Positions 27,557 through 37,511 of a stretch of DNA of 64,000 nucleotides are shown one piece after another; positions within the stretch are counted from its first letter, which is position 1, and every line of letters begins with the position of its first letter. The position numbers were made by a program, and so were the translations under genes. The notes under the pieces were generated by a model. The model was not told where the DNA came from and searched no databases. It saw only the letters and a program-made list of their open reading frames with translations. The stretch comes from Patescibacteria group bacterium (GTDB lineage Bacteria > Patescibacteriota > Patescibacteriia > Buchananbacterales > UBA6539). The stretch is taken from assembly GCA_041649675.1 (NCBI GenBank), contig JBAZMQ010000004.1:16338-80337 (forward strand), read 5' to 3'.

Positions 27557-30048
27557 ATAATAATTTTGTTATCTTTAACTTTAACAACAATTTTTTGTCC
27601 TTTATAATCTTTTTTGGTTAAAATTTTATTGGCCAGTTTGCTTTCAATCAGCTCCTGAATATTTTTTCTAATTGCCCGCGCGCCATTTTCCGGACTGTAA
27701 CTGATTTTAGCAATTAATTTAGCCACCGTTGGGTCAAAATTTATTTTTAAACCTTGTTTAGCTAGTCTGTTTTTGAGTTCGGCCAATTGGATTTTGGCAA
27801 TTTTAATAACGCTGCTTGGCTCAAGTGGTTGAAAAACAATAGTTTTGTCCACCCGAGACAAAAATTCTGGCGGAAATTTATCCTTTAATTTTTTAATCAC
27901 TTCTCTTTGAATTTCTTCAAAACCTTTTTCTAATTCTGCCTTGCTTTTACCTTTTTTGGTTTGAAAGCCTAAGGCTGCCTGCTTATTAAAATTATTGGAA
28001 CCAAGATTAGAGGTCATAATGATAATAGTGTTTCTAAAATTGATTGTCTTGCCAGTACCATCAGTTAAACAGCCATCCTCTAGAACTTGCAGCAAGAGAC
28101 TAAAAATTTGGTGATGGGCCTTTTCGATTTCGTCAAACAAAACTACCGAGTAGGGCCGATGTTTGACCGCATCGGTTAGTTTAGTTCCATCTTTGTAGCC
28201 AATATAACCAGCCGGCGCCCCAATTAGTTTTGAAATATTAAAACTTTCGGCAAATTCAGACATGTCAATCTTGATTAACGCTTGATTGCTGCCAAAAATT
28301 GTTTGGGCTAAAACTTTAGCTAGTTCAGTTTTTCCAACTCCGGAAGGGCCTAAGAAAATGAATGAACCAATTGGCCGGTTAGTATCGGAAATCCCGGTTC
28401 TTGATCGACGAATAAATTCCGCAATTGATTTTAAGGCTTGGTTTTGGCCAACTATATTTTTTACCAAAGTTTTTTCTAACTGTAAAAGTTGTTTTTTTTC
28501 GGCCATTAATAAATCGGCCAAAGGAATCCCAGTTATTTTGGAAACAATTTGGGCGATTTCTTTTTGGGTAATTTCGGCCAGTTTGGTTTCATTCTTTGGC
28601 AATTGCTGATTTTTTAAATTTTGCAGCCGGACTAAAATTTCACGCTCTTTCTGCCGATATTTTAAAGCTAGACTAAATTTTTCTTCAGTCACTAAACCTT
28701 TCTTTTTTTCGGTAAGATTCTGCAGCTCGTTTTCTAATTGATTAATTTCTTTTACAGCCGAGCTGACTAAGTATTTTATTTTTACTCCCGAAGCAGCTTC
28801 ATCAATCAAATCAATTGCTTTGTCTGGCAAAAATCGATCAGCAATATAACGTTCAGAAAGTTGAGCCGCGGCAATTATGGCTTGTTCGTTTATTTTAACT
28901 TGATGAAAATTTTCGTAATTTTCTTTAATACCCTGTAAAATTTCAATTGTTTTTTGGACACTTGGTTGACTGACAATAATTGGCTGAAACCGGCGATCCA
29001 AAGCCACGTCGCTTTCAATAAATTTTTTATAATCTTGCATGGTAGTGGCGCCAATGCAGCGAATTTCCCCCCGGGCCAATGCCGGTTTTAGAATATTTGC
29101 TGCATCCATTGAGCCGCTGGCCGAACCAACGCCGATGAGATTATGAATCTCGTCAATAAATAAAATAATGTTAGGATTTTTTTTAACTTCAACCAAAATT
29201 TGTTTCAATCGGTTTTCAAATTCACCGCGGAAGCTGGTACCGGCAACGACTAAGCTTAAATCAAGGGCGTAGATTTTTTTGCCGCGCAGAACTTCTGGTA
29301 CGTTACTTTGGACAATTTTTTTTGCCAAACCTTCAACAATCGCGGTTTTACCAACGCCCGGATCGCCTAAAAGTAGGGGATTATTTTTATTTCGGCGGCA
29401 AAGAATTTGGATTAAGCGGTCAATTTCTTCTTGCCGACCAATAACGGGGTCAATTTTTTTCTGAATTGACAGGTCGGTTAAATTGGTGGCAAACACTTCA
29501 AGAATTGATTGTTGCTTAGTGTCAGTTTGGCTTGAGCCGTAGCCGTATTCATTATTTTTGTCTTCAGATTTGAAATAATCAATGCCACTGGTTAAATCAG
29601 GAAATTTTGAGGTGCTATTCAAAATAGTGTCAATTTGATTTTTAATTCCTGTCAGATTGATTTTTTCTTTTTGGAAAAAATCAATAATTTCTTGATCCCC
29701 AAGGCTCAAAATTGAAGCCAATAAATGTTCGGTGCCAATGTATTTGTGCTGGTTTTGGCTGGAGATTAGAAATGATTTTTCCAGAATTTTTTTACTGGTT
29801 GAAGTTAGTTCTAAATGAGTGATGGTTTTTTGGCCGGACTTTTTTTCAGTTAAAATATTTTTTAATTCAAAGCTATTGACTTTAGCCTTGATTAAAATTT
29901 GGGCCGCGATGCTGCCTTTCTCTAAGCTCAAACCGTAAAGAATGTGCTGGGGAGTAATCAAATGTTGGCCTGAGCTTAAAGCCAAACTGAATGCATTTTT
30001 TAGAGCATTTCTGGAATGAGTTGTAAATTTTTGAAATATTGAAATCAT
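27553..30048 (-). CDS. clpC: Clp/Hsp100 AAA+ chaperone ATPase (ClpC-like; two AAA modules, N-terminal Clp repeat domain)
   Basis: AAA-1 '[17 protein letters not shown]...DEIH', AAA-2 '[14 protein letters not shown]...ARGAR' and a short middle domain, hence ClpC-like rather than ClpB. Confidence 0.8.
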   Translation of the reverse strand: MISIFQKFTTHSRNALKNAFSLALSSGQHLITPQHILYGLSLEKGSIAAQILIKAKVNSFELKNILTEKKSGQKTITHLELTSTSKKILEKSFLISSQNQHKYIGTEHLLASILSLGDQEIIDFFQKEKINLTGIKNQIDTILNSTSKFPDLTSGIDYFKSEDKNNEYGYGSSQTDTKQQSILEVFATNLTDLSIQKKIDPVIGRQEEIDRLIQILCRRNKNNPLLLGDPGVGKTAIVEGLAKKIVQSNVPEVLRGKKIYALDLSLVVAGTSFRGEFENRLKQILVEVKKNPNIILFIDEIHNLIGVGSASGSMDAANILKPALARGEIRCIGATTMQDYKKFIESDVALDRRFQPIIVSQPSVQKTIEILQGIKENYENFHQVKINEQAIIAAAQLSERYIADRFLPDKAIDLIDEAASGVKIKYLVSSAVKEINQLENELQNLTEKKKGLVTEEKFSLALKYRQKEREILVRLQNLKNQQLPKNETKLAEITQKEIAQIVSKITGIPLADLLMAEKKQLLQLEKTLVKNIVGQNQALKSIAEFIRRSRTGISDTNRPIGSFIFLGPSGVGKTELAKVLAQTIFGSNQALIKIDMSEFAESFNISKLIGAPAGYIGYKDGTKLTDAVKHRPYSVVLFDEIEKAHHQIFSLLLQVLEDGCLTDGTGKTINFRNTIIIMTSNLGSNNFNKQAALGFQTKKGKSKAELEKGFEEIQREVIKKLKDKFPPEFLSRVDKTIVFQPLEPSSVIKIAKIQLAELKNRLAKQGLKINFDPTVAKLIAKISYSPENGARAIRKNIQELIESKLANKILTKKDYKGQKIVVKVKDNKIII

Positions 30049-30051
30049 TGT

Positions 30052-30495
30052 TTATAGCTTTGATTGAGTATTATTTTGTCTTATTTCTTTAATGATATTT
30101 TTAATGTTAGGCCCATAAGTGGCTTTGGCGTAATCAGGGATACCATCAGCTGTGTTGCCAGTCGGGTCTAAGCTGGGAGTAGTACTGGCAGTTTGTTCTA
30201 ATTGATTTCTTAATTGGGCACTATCTTTAATGCCGTTGTTGTCAGTATCGGGATCATTTTGATCGGTACCATAAAGTCTTTCTGCATAATCAGATAAACC
30301 ATCATTGTCACTGTCTTTGTTAATTTCAGCGAACTGATTAGTCGTTTTTGCCGAATATTTAAAAGAAAAAAGTAAGATGCTCATTAAGCTAATGGTGACT
30401 AAACAAATAATTGAAATTACAATTGATACCATTAGAAATTTTGGTTGGGCCAAGTTTTGTTTTTTAGCTTGGTTTAAATTTATTTTTTGTACCAT
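30052..30495 (-). CDS. Membrane-anchored protein with Asp-rich calcium-binding-like (thrombospondin type 3-like) repeats
   Basis: N-terminal TM, then 'DSDNDGLSDYAE', 'DQNDPDTDNNGIKD' and 'TADGIPDY' D.D.DG-type motifs. Confidence 0.45.
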   Translation of the reverse strand: MVQKINLNQAKKQNLAQPKFLMVSIVISIICLVTISLMSILLFSFKYSAKTTNQFAEINKDSDNDGLSDYAERLYGTDQNDPDTDNNGIKDSAQLRNQLEQTASTTPSLDPTGNTADGIPDYAKATYGPNIKNIIKEIRQNNTQSKL

Positions 30496-30522
30496 ACCAA
30501 TTTTAATTTAAAAAGATTTAAA

Positions 30523-31419
30523 TTATATCATTTTTTTTAAGGCAACGATGCGTTCAGCAATTGGCGGATGAGTGGCAAAAAGACTAGCCATGAAATGTTT
30601 GCCTCGGCCAAAGGGATTGGCAATATAAAGATGAGCTGTAGCATTATTTGCCTGTTTCATTGGCATGTTTTCGGCCGCAATTTTTTCTAAGGCATTGGCT
30701 AGGCCTTGCGGATAACGTGTCAGTAAGGCGCCGGAGGCATCGGCTAAAAATTCCCGTTTGCGCGAAATTGCCAGTTGGATTAATTGGCCGATAATCGGAG
30801 AGAGAATCAATAAAATTATGCCAGCAATCATGAAAATTGCTTTCAATTTATTATCGCCATCATTGTTGTCATTTCGGCTGCCACCCCAAAACCGAATTCG
30901 GATAAACCAATCAGACAATAAAGCCATTAAGCCAACTAAAACAATGACAACGGTCATTAATAAAATGTCATAATTTTTAACGTGGGATAGTTCATGAGCA
31001 ATCACGCCTTCAAGTTCATTGTTGGCTAATTTATCAATTGCGCCAGTGGTTATTGCAATTGAGGCGTTTTGGGGATTACGACCGGTAGCAAAGGCATTGA
31101 TTGCCTGGTCTTTAATCAAATAAACTTTCGGCATTGGTAAACCGGCGGTAATGGCTAGATTTTCAACCAACCGATAAACGTAAGGACTAGTATTTTTATC
31201 AATCGGACCTTTAGCGCCGGCTTGCCATAAAGCGACTTTATCGCCGTGGAAATAACTGCCCCCAGTCATTACCAGGGAAATAATTAGGGCAATAATTAGT
31301 CCATTGTAGCCAAAATTGCTTAATTGGGAGAATGCCCAGCCAACCAAAAGTACAATAATAACAAAAATTATCATTATTAAAATTGTTTTTCTTTTATTGC
31401 TGTCAATTTGTTTATACAT
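30523..31419 (-). CDS. htpX: Zinc metalloprotease HtpX (M48 family)
   Basis: 'HELSHVKNYD' HExxH motif, multiple TM helices and family-typical length. Confidence 0.85.
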   Translation of the reverse strand: MYKQIDSNKRKTILIMIIFVIIVLLVGWAFSQLSNFGYNGLIIALIISLVMTGGSYFHGDKVALWQAGAKGPIDKNTSPYVYRLVENLAITAGLPMPKVYLIKDQAINAFATGRNPQNASIAITTGAIDKLANNELEGVIAHELSHVKNYDILLMTVVIVLVGLMALLSDWFIRIRFWGGSRNDNNDGDNKLKAIFMIAGIILLILSPIIGQLIQLAISRKREFLADASGALLTRYPQGLANALEKIAAENMPMKQANNATAHLYIANPFGRGKHFMASLFATHPPIAERIVALKKMI

Positions 31420-31530
31420 TTTTTAGCGAGATAAGTTGCTAGTAGCACTTGCCTATCGGCGGGTAGGTAAGTGAGATAAGTTTAAAGTAAAACTTATCTT
31501 TAAAGGCCTGGCAACCTAAAATTCTACAAT

Positions 31531-32085
31531 TTAGAATTTGACCGAAACGTTTTCTCGTTCAGTTTCGTCAGCCTGGAAGAAGTCAAATTTTTTGAAACCT
31601 AACATGCCAACCAATAAGTTGTTTGGAAAAACTTCAATTTGGATATTAAAGTCTCTGACATTACCATTGTAGAACCGGCGAGCAGCTTGAATTTTATTTT
31701 CCGTATCGGATAATTCTTGTTGGAGCTGCAAGAAATTTTGGGAGGCTTTTAAATCAGGATAATTTTCCGCTACAGCAAAAACTGATTTTAAAGCTTGGGA
31801 CAACATGTTTTCGGTTTGGCCCTTTTCTTCAATTCCTTGAGCATTGATGGCGGCAGTTCTGGCAGCAGTGACTTTTTCAAAAACTTCTTTTTCGTGTTGG
31901 GCATAACCTTTGACAGTTTCAATTAAATTTGGGATTAAATCATGCCGGCGCTTGAGTTGGACATCAATGTCGGCAAAAGCTTCTTGCGTCCGATTTTTTA
32001 GCCTAATTAGGCTATTAAAGACATAAATTAGCCATACCACAATAATGGCTATTACGGCTACAATTGTTAACCAAAGATTCTTCAT
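31531..32085 (-). CDS. lemA: LemA family protein
   Basis: N-terminal TM plus a conserved LemA region ('FNSLIRLKNRTQEAFADIDVQLKRRHDLIPNLIETVKGYAQHEKEVF'). Confidence 0.8.
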   Translation of the reverse strand: MKNLWLTIVAVIAIIVVWLIYVFNSLIRLKNRTQEAFADIDVQLKRRHDLIPNLIETVKGYAQHEKEVFEKVTAARTAAINAQGIEEKGQTENMLSQALKSVFAVAENYPDLKASQNFLQLQQELSDTENKIQAARRFYNGNVRDFNIQIEVFPNNLLVGMLGFKKFDFFQADETERENVSVKF

Positions 32086-32257
32086 AATGGTTTTTCTCCT
32101 TGTAATTTACAACCAGGCAAGAAATTATTGCCTAGAATTAATTTTTATGTTAAAATATAGTTAGGAAATTGTTTTGGATAATATAAATTATATAATAAAG
32201 GTGAGGTTTAGTCAAAAAACAAAAGCTTAGTTTAAATATTTTCAAATTAACCCCCGA

Positions 32258-34573
32258 ATGCATCTTGGGGAAAAAGTTAAAAATATGAAAAACTTGGGAA
32301 AATTAGCAAAAATTATTAGTTTTACCCTTTGTCTGGTGACGGTTATTTCTGTCACTTTTTTTGTTAATGGGTTGGTAGTTTTAGTCCAGGCCGCTGATAG
32401 TAATTGGCAGGAGCCTAATCAACCGCCACCGTTAGGCAATAAACCAGGTTTTATTTATAACAGTAAAGATAGTGTCCAAACGGCTGATATTAATATTAGT
32501 GGTCAGGCAACAGTAAATAAATTAATTTCAACCTGGCTTTGTTTTCCGCCGGGCAATACCACTGACTGTAAAAAAAGTTGGAATGATATTGGCGGAGCAT
32601 TTTGGGGCTCAAGTGGTGCTAATATTTATAATACTAACGGTGGTAATGTTGGAATTAATTCTAATCTACCCCAAGCCAAATTCCAAGTAACTAGCGCTGA
32701 CCCGACAATTGCTATTTTTGCCGGGAGTACAACTGGTAATCAAGCAGTTCAGATTGGTAATAGCACTGGATTCATGAATATTGGTGTTGGCGTGACTACC
32801 AAAAATCCGTATCTTTGGTCTAATAACGGTAATTTATTTATTGGTGATGATGCTAATCCGACTTTATTTATTCAAGGAATGAACAATGGTAAAGTTGCCA
32901 TTGGCACCACTCAATTAACCGGTCTTTATAAATTTATAGTAATGTCTGGTACTACTCAGGGAGCCTATGTCCAAAACAGCCAGGGCACGCAAGGCTATTT
33001 AGCCGAAGGCAAGAGAGGAATAAGAGGTCAGTCTTTGGGCGCGGACGGTATTGGTGTTGAAGGTTTTACTGACAATGGTAAGGCAGTTATTGGTACTGTT
33101 TCTGGTACTGGTTGGTCCGGCTATTTTGACGGTGGCCAGGGAGTTTATGTTAATAAAAGAATTACTTTTCCCAGATATGCTGCCACTGGTTATGACGGCC
33201 AAAATTTAATTGAAACACTCAATGATCCTTCGGGTTATAATGTTAATAATTTGGATTTAGCGATTGCGGCCCAAAGGAATTTATATCTTTTGATGAATGA
33301 ACAGCCTTATAATTTGATGGCCGGAGTGGGTGATTTAGTTATCTCTAGAGACTCGGCTGGTTGGGCCGAATCCAATCCTTATTTAGTGGTAAAAAATGGT
33401 GGTAATGTTGGTATTGGCGTAAGAAATCCAAGCGTTAATCTTGAAGTCAAAGGAAAAGTTCAAATTGATGGATCTGGCGGTGTGACTTCCTTAACTTCAA
33501 CCGGTGGCCATAGTTGGTTTGGTGGCACAATGGATGTAGGCAATGTTCCTATTTGGTTAAGGGGTAGTGATCAAAATGGCGGCACTATTGCTTTGATTAT
33601 TCGGAATAATAACTCGGATAAAGTTGCTGGTACTACTGCTAATGCTTCTAAAAATGGTGATTTGATGTTTTCACCAAAAAATAACAGCAATGATATGTGG
33701 GGTTTTAGAACAGTAGAAGATGGTAATAATAAGGTTACCTTTCAGCTTGGATCAAATTTTTCTGGTCTCTCATTTCTTCCTGTGTTGACTGTTGGTAATG
33801 ATATAATTAATAGTATAGCTTACGGATCGTTAGGCTTAAATACTACTAGCTTTGATTATAGAAATGCTATGAATGTTGTTGGGCGTAATAGTGCAATTGA
33901 AGCCTCGGTCAGTGCCGGTAGCTATAGCAGCACTTTTGTTTTGGACCCTAATAATTGGAATCGGGCGGGTCATTTTAAAATCACCAACACTTCTTATCCA
34001 GCCGAGGTCTATCTGGCTACTTCGCCCTATAGTTCAAGTTATAATTATGGTGTTTGGGCTTCCGGCACAGCGGCTGGTTTATATGGTCAGGGACCGATTT
34101 ATGGTGTAGTTGGCCAATCTTATTATGGCGGTGTTGGTGTCAAAGGATTAAGCAATTGTGACACTGCTGGCTCAGAAGATAGTTGTAATAATGCTACAGC
34201 AATTTCCGCCGAGGGTACGGGTTATGCCGATGCTTTAAATGCTACGGTTAAAGCCTATTATAATTATGACGGAGAAGGCGGGCCAGTTAACTATGCCTTC
34301 CAACCAAATTCATATACGGCCGAAACTGCTGCAGTTAGGGTAACCAATGAATGGTCAAATGGCTGGGGAGTTTATTCTAATGGTAATAAAAATTTATTTG
34401 GTGGAATTACTTTAAATAAGGCCAACGCTACAATCAGCGCCAATACTAATTGTGCTGACTATGGCGCCGGAACGATGTTATATTCACTTAATACTGCCGG
34501 GACTATTGGCCATTTTTACGGCTGTGTCCAAACCGCTGCTAATACTTTTCGCTGGAAGCAGTTAGATAATTAG
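32258..34573 (+). CDS. Large secreted Gly/Asn/Ser/Thr-rich surface protein (771 aa)
   Basis: N-terminal hydrophobic signal/anchor ('IISFTLCLVTVISVTFFVNGLVVLVQA'), then long low-complexity G/N/T-rich sequence predicted to be beta-rich. The alternative start at 32285 (MKNLGKL) is equally plausible. Confidence 0.55.
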   Translation: MHLGEKVKNMKNLGKLAKIISFTLCLVTVISVTFFVNGLVVLVQAADSNWQEPNQPPPLGNKPGFIYNSKDSVQTADINISGQATVNKLISTWLCFPPGNTTDCKKSWNDIGGAFWGSSGANIYNTNGGNVGINSNLPQAKFQVTSADPTIAIFAGSTTGNQAVQIGNSTGFMNIGVGVTTKNPYLWSNNGNLFIGDDANPTLFIQGMNNGKVAIGTTQLTGLYKFIVMSGTTQGAYVQNSQGTQGYLAEGKRGIRGQSLGADGIGVEGFTDNGKAVIGTVSGTGWSGYFDGGQGVYVNKRITFPRYAATGYDGQNLIETLNDPSGYNVNNLDLAIAAQRNLYLLMNEQPYNLMAGVGDLVISRDSAGWAESNPYLVVKNGGNVGIGVRNPSVNLEVKGKVQIDGSGGVTSLTSTGGHSWFGGTMDVGNVPIWLRGSDQNGGTIALIIRNNNSDKVAGTTANASKNGDLMFSPKNNSNDMWGFRTVEDGNNKVTFQLGSNFSGLSFLPVLTVGNDIINSIAYGSLGLNTTSFDYRNAMNVVGRNSAIEASVSAGSYSSTFVLDPNNWNRAGHFKITNTSYPAEVYLATSPYSSSYNYGVWASGTAAGLYGQGPIYGVVGQSYYGGVGVKGLSNCDTAGSEDSCNNATAISAEGTGYADALNATVKAYYNYDGEGGPVNYAFQPNSYTAETAAVRVTNEWSNGWGVYSNGNKNLFGGITLNKANATISANTNCADYGAGTMLYSLNTAGTIGHFYGCVQTAANTFRWKQLDN

Positions 34574-34585
34574 GTTATTTCCAAT

Positions 34586-36259
34586 ATGACCAAAAGGGTT
34601 AGTTTAATTACTTTTTTTCTGTTGGTTCTTGGTTTAAGTACCCTGGTTTGGTATCAGGCTCAAGCGGCTAATCCGCCTAAAACATTTTGCGGCGATGGTA
34701 AAATTCAATCACCAAACAGCGATGGTTTGTATGAAAAATGTGATGACCAGGGTGATAGTTCTAAATGTACAGCCAGTTGCGGCCAAAAAATGTTGGGTTG
34801 GGCTTGGTCATATAATTTTGGCTGGTTGTCATTAAACAATAAGTCCTGTGATTTCTTAGATCCGATTGTCCCAGCTGGCATTTGTGGTCAGTCTGATATT
34901 ACTTACTATGTTCAAATTGATGCTTCTAACCAGGTAAAAGGTTTTGCTTGGTCTAATAATTTAGGTTGGATTTGTTTTGGTGCAACTTGTAATTCTGACA
35001 CCAATCAGACAGATAATATTTGCCAATTTGCTTCTAGCCAGGGTTTGCCTTGTAATGCCAATGATTACGGTATTCAAACGCCACCGGGCGGGGCTTGGCA
35101 GGCCTATATTCAAAATGCTTTGACTGATAATCCGCCAGTCTTGGGCTGGGCCAAAATTATTAGCTTGGGTGATGATGGTATAATTTCTTTAAGTTGCTCA
35201 ACTTGTACTTATAATTATCAAACGAATTTAATCTTAAAAGATTTTAAAAGCGGGTCAAGCGTTGAGCAGCGTTTAACTCTCAAGGGCTGGGCTTGGAATG
35301 ATAATTCGCAAGGAAACGGTTTGGGTTGGATTGAGTTTAATCCAGAAATTTTAGCCGCTTCGCCCTGGCTTCAGACTAAATACGGCGATGTTTATTCTCG
35401 AGGTGGTTTACAAGCCATTCAAGAGGCGCCTGATTATAATGCGACTTATCAAATTTTAGCCGGTGGCGACATTGTTAATTTCCGATCAGCTCGTTTATTG
35501 GTTGATCCTTACTCCGGTTTTATCAATTTTCCTACTGCTGCTACCCGTTATTCAAATGTCTTGGGTAAATTGGACGTTGGCAGTTTGCTTTGCAGTATTC
35601 CCAGCGGTAATACTTCTTGCATTAATCAGTACGGCAATACAGTCGTCAAATTAAATCCGTTGTCACAGTTGCCACCAGAGATTTTGGCCGGAAAAATTTA
35701 TTACTATGACGGTTCAGTTGATATTTCACAACTTTTAGCATTCAAGAATGGCACTAATTTTGTTAACGGTTCGGGAACAATTATTGTCAATGGCAATTTA
35801 ACAATTAATAATAACATTGTTTATTTCTGTGATGAAGCGGGCAATACCAATGATCCAGTTTGTACTTCTAATAAGTTTAGGAACTTAGCTTCAATCGCTT
35901 GGATTGTTAAAGGAGATTTATTGGTTGGTCCAAACGTTGATAAATTGGCCGGTAACTTCGTTATTATTGGTGATGGTAAAGATTGCAATGCTGACCAGAA
36001 TGTTAAAGTTAATTATTGCGGCCAAATTTACAGCTGCTATAACGGAGCGGATTGCAGCAAGCGCTTAACAGTTTCTGGGCTAATGATGGCCAAGAAATTT
36101 TATTTCAGCCGTACCTATGTTTCGCCGCCCCAGGAAATTCCGGCCCAAGGTTCAGAAGTTATTAATTATGATGGTCGTTTATTGGCCAATACTCCGCCCG
36201 GTTTAGGTAATTTCGTTCAAGCTTTGCCAATTTGGCGGACTGGTACGCTTAGTCAGTAA
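34586..36259 (+). CDS. Secreted cysteine-rich repeat protein (557 aa) with three 'G(W/F)AW(S/N).N.GWI.F' repeats
   Basis: Signal peptide 'LITFFLLVLGLSTLVWYQAQA'. Repeats 'GWAWSYNFGWLSLNN', 'GFAWSNNLGWICFG' and 'GWAWNDNSQGNGLGWIEFN'. Many Cys residues. Confidence 0.55.
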   Translation: MTKRVSLITFFLLVLGLSTLVWYQAQAANPPKTFCGDGKIQSPNSDGLYEKCDDQGDSSKCTASCGQKMLGWAWSYNFGWLSLNNKSCDFLDPIVPAGICGQSDITYYVQIDASNQVKGFAWSNNLGWICFGATCNSDTNQTDNICQFASSQGLPCNANDYGIQTPPGGAWQAYIQNALTDNPPVLGWAKIISLGDDGIISLSCSTCTYNYQTNLILKDFKSGSSVEQRLTLKGWAWNDNSQGNGLGWIEFNPEILAASPWLQTKYGDVYSRGGLQAIQEAPDYNATYQILAGGDIVNFRSARLLVDPYSGFINFPTAATRYSNVLGKLDVGSLLCSIPSGNTSCINQYGNTVVKLNPLSQLPPEILAGKIYYYDGSVDISQLLAFKNGTNFVNGSGTIIVNGNLTINNNIVYFCDEAGNTNDPVCTSNKFRNLASIAWIVKGDLLVGPNVDKLAGNFVIIGDGKDCNADQNVKVNYCGQIYSCYNGADCSKRLTVSGLMMAKKFYFSRTYVSPPQEIPAQGSEVINYDGRLLANTPPGLGNFVQALPIWRTGTLSQ

Positions 36260-36360
36260 TTGAAAAAATCAAGGTGAGTCATTTGTATGTTATACTTAAG
36301 AAAGAAGGACAAGACTTTTAAGGTCAGTCTTTGGACTAAAAGTCCAATTAATTAAAGATT

Positions 36361-37503
36361 ATGCCTTTATTCTCTTCGCCCCAAAGCTATTTAGGTGTTG
36401 ATTTTGACTCTAATAGCATTAAAATAGTTGAATTAAAAAATGAAGGCGGGCGCCCACGATTGGTGACCTATGGTTATCTTGATAAAGAGATAGATAAAAC
36501 CATTAGCGAAAACGGTAAAGATGTTTCGGCCGAAACCGCTAAATTAATTAAAGAAATCTGTCACCAAGCCAAAACCACGACTACTAAAGTAATTACTGCC
36601 TTGCCTGCTTTTTCAGTTTTTAGTTCAATTTTGAATTTGCCGATAATGTCAAAGAAAGATTTGGCCACCGCGGTTAAATGGGAAGCAAAAAAAGTTATCC
36701 CTTTGCCATTGGAAGAAATGATTTTAGATTGGAAATTATTGGAAGATTTGCCAGTTAACCAAATCGCTGACACCAGTAAAGGCCAAGAAAATGGTCAAGA
36801 AAATGGCGATGCAGAATTAAAAAAAGGCGGATTTTTAAAAATATCTGGCCAAACTAAAAGTAAATATTTGAAGGTTTTGCTGACTGCCGCCCCTAAAGAT
36901 TTAGTTAAACGTTATATTGATATTTTTAAAGCGGCTGGGTTAAATTTGTTAAGCCTAGACACGGAATCATTTGCTTTAATCCGTTCGTTGGTTGGTAACG
37001 ATAAATCAGCTTTAATGATTGTTGATGTTGGTTCGGTGGTAACTAATATTTCGGTTGTGGTCAACAGTATTCCGATTTTGAATCGCAGCATTGACGTTGG
37101 TGGTCTAACTATCACTAAGGCGATTGCCAACAGCCTGAATGTTAATTTAGCCAGAGCGGAACAGTTTAAGTATGATATTGGCATGAGCCCGGATCGGGTG
37201 GGCCAGGGCAGCGTACCTAAAACTATTGAAAATACCTTAACACCGATTGTGGATGAAATACGTTATAGTTTAAATCTTTATCGGAATCAGGGCCAAAAGA
37301 GTATTGAAAAAATAATTTTAACCGGCGGATCTTCCTTATTGCTTAATTTACCGGTTTATTTATCTAATTTATTAGGCTTAAGAGTATTTTTAGGTGATCC
37401 TTGGGCTAGAGTAATGTACCCCGAGGAGTTAAAGCCAGTCTTGGATGAAATTGGTCCGCGTTATTCAGTCACAATCGGACTGGCGATGAGAGATATTGAA
37501 TAA
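36361..37503 (+). CDS. pilM: Type IV pilus assembly protein PilM (actin-like ATPase fold)
   Basis: N-terminal 'LGVDFDSNSIKIVEL' motif, length, and position at the head of the pilMNO-pilB operon. Confidence 0.8.
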   Translation: MPLFSSPQSYLGVDFDSNSIKIVELKNEGGRPRLVTYGYLDKEIDKTISENGKDVSAETAKLIKEICHQAKTTTTKVITALPAFSVFSSILNLPIMSKKDLATAVKWEAKKVIPLPLEEMILDWKLLEDLPVNQIADTSKGQENGQENGDAELKKGGFLKISGQTKSKYLKVLLTAAPKDLVKRYIDIFKAAGLNLLSLDTESFALIRSLVGNDKSALMIVDVGSVVTNISVVVNSIPILNRSIDVGGLTITKAIANSLNVNLARAEQFKYDIGMSPDRVGQGSVPKTIENTLTPIVDEIRYSLNLYRNQGQKSIEKIILTGGSSLLLNLPVYLSNLLGLRVFLGDPWARVMYPEELKPVLDEIGPRYSVTIGLAMRDIE

Positions 37504-37511
37504 TAATTATT

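Noticed and set aside
31420-31530. Hairpin GATAAGTTT-N6-AAACTTATC downstream of lemA as an intrinsic terminator
   Set aside because: On the transcribed (minus) strand it is not followed by a U-tract, and the T-run exists only on the non-transcribed plus strand. I therefore list no terminator here.
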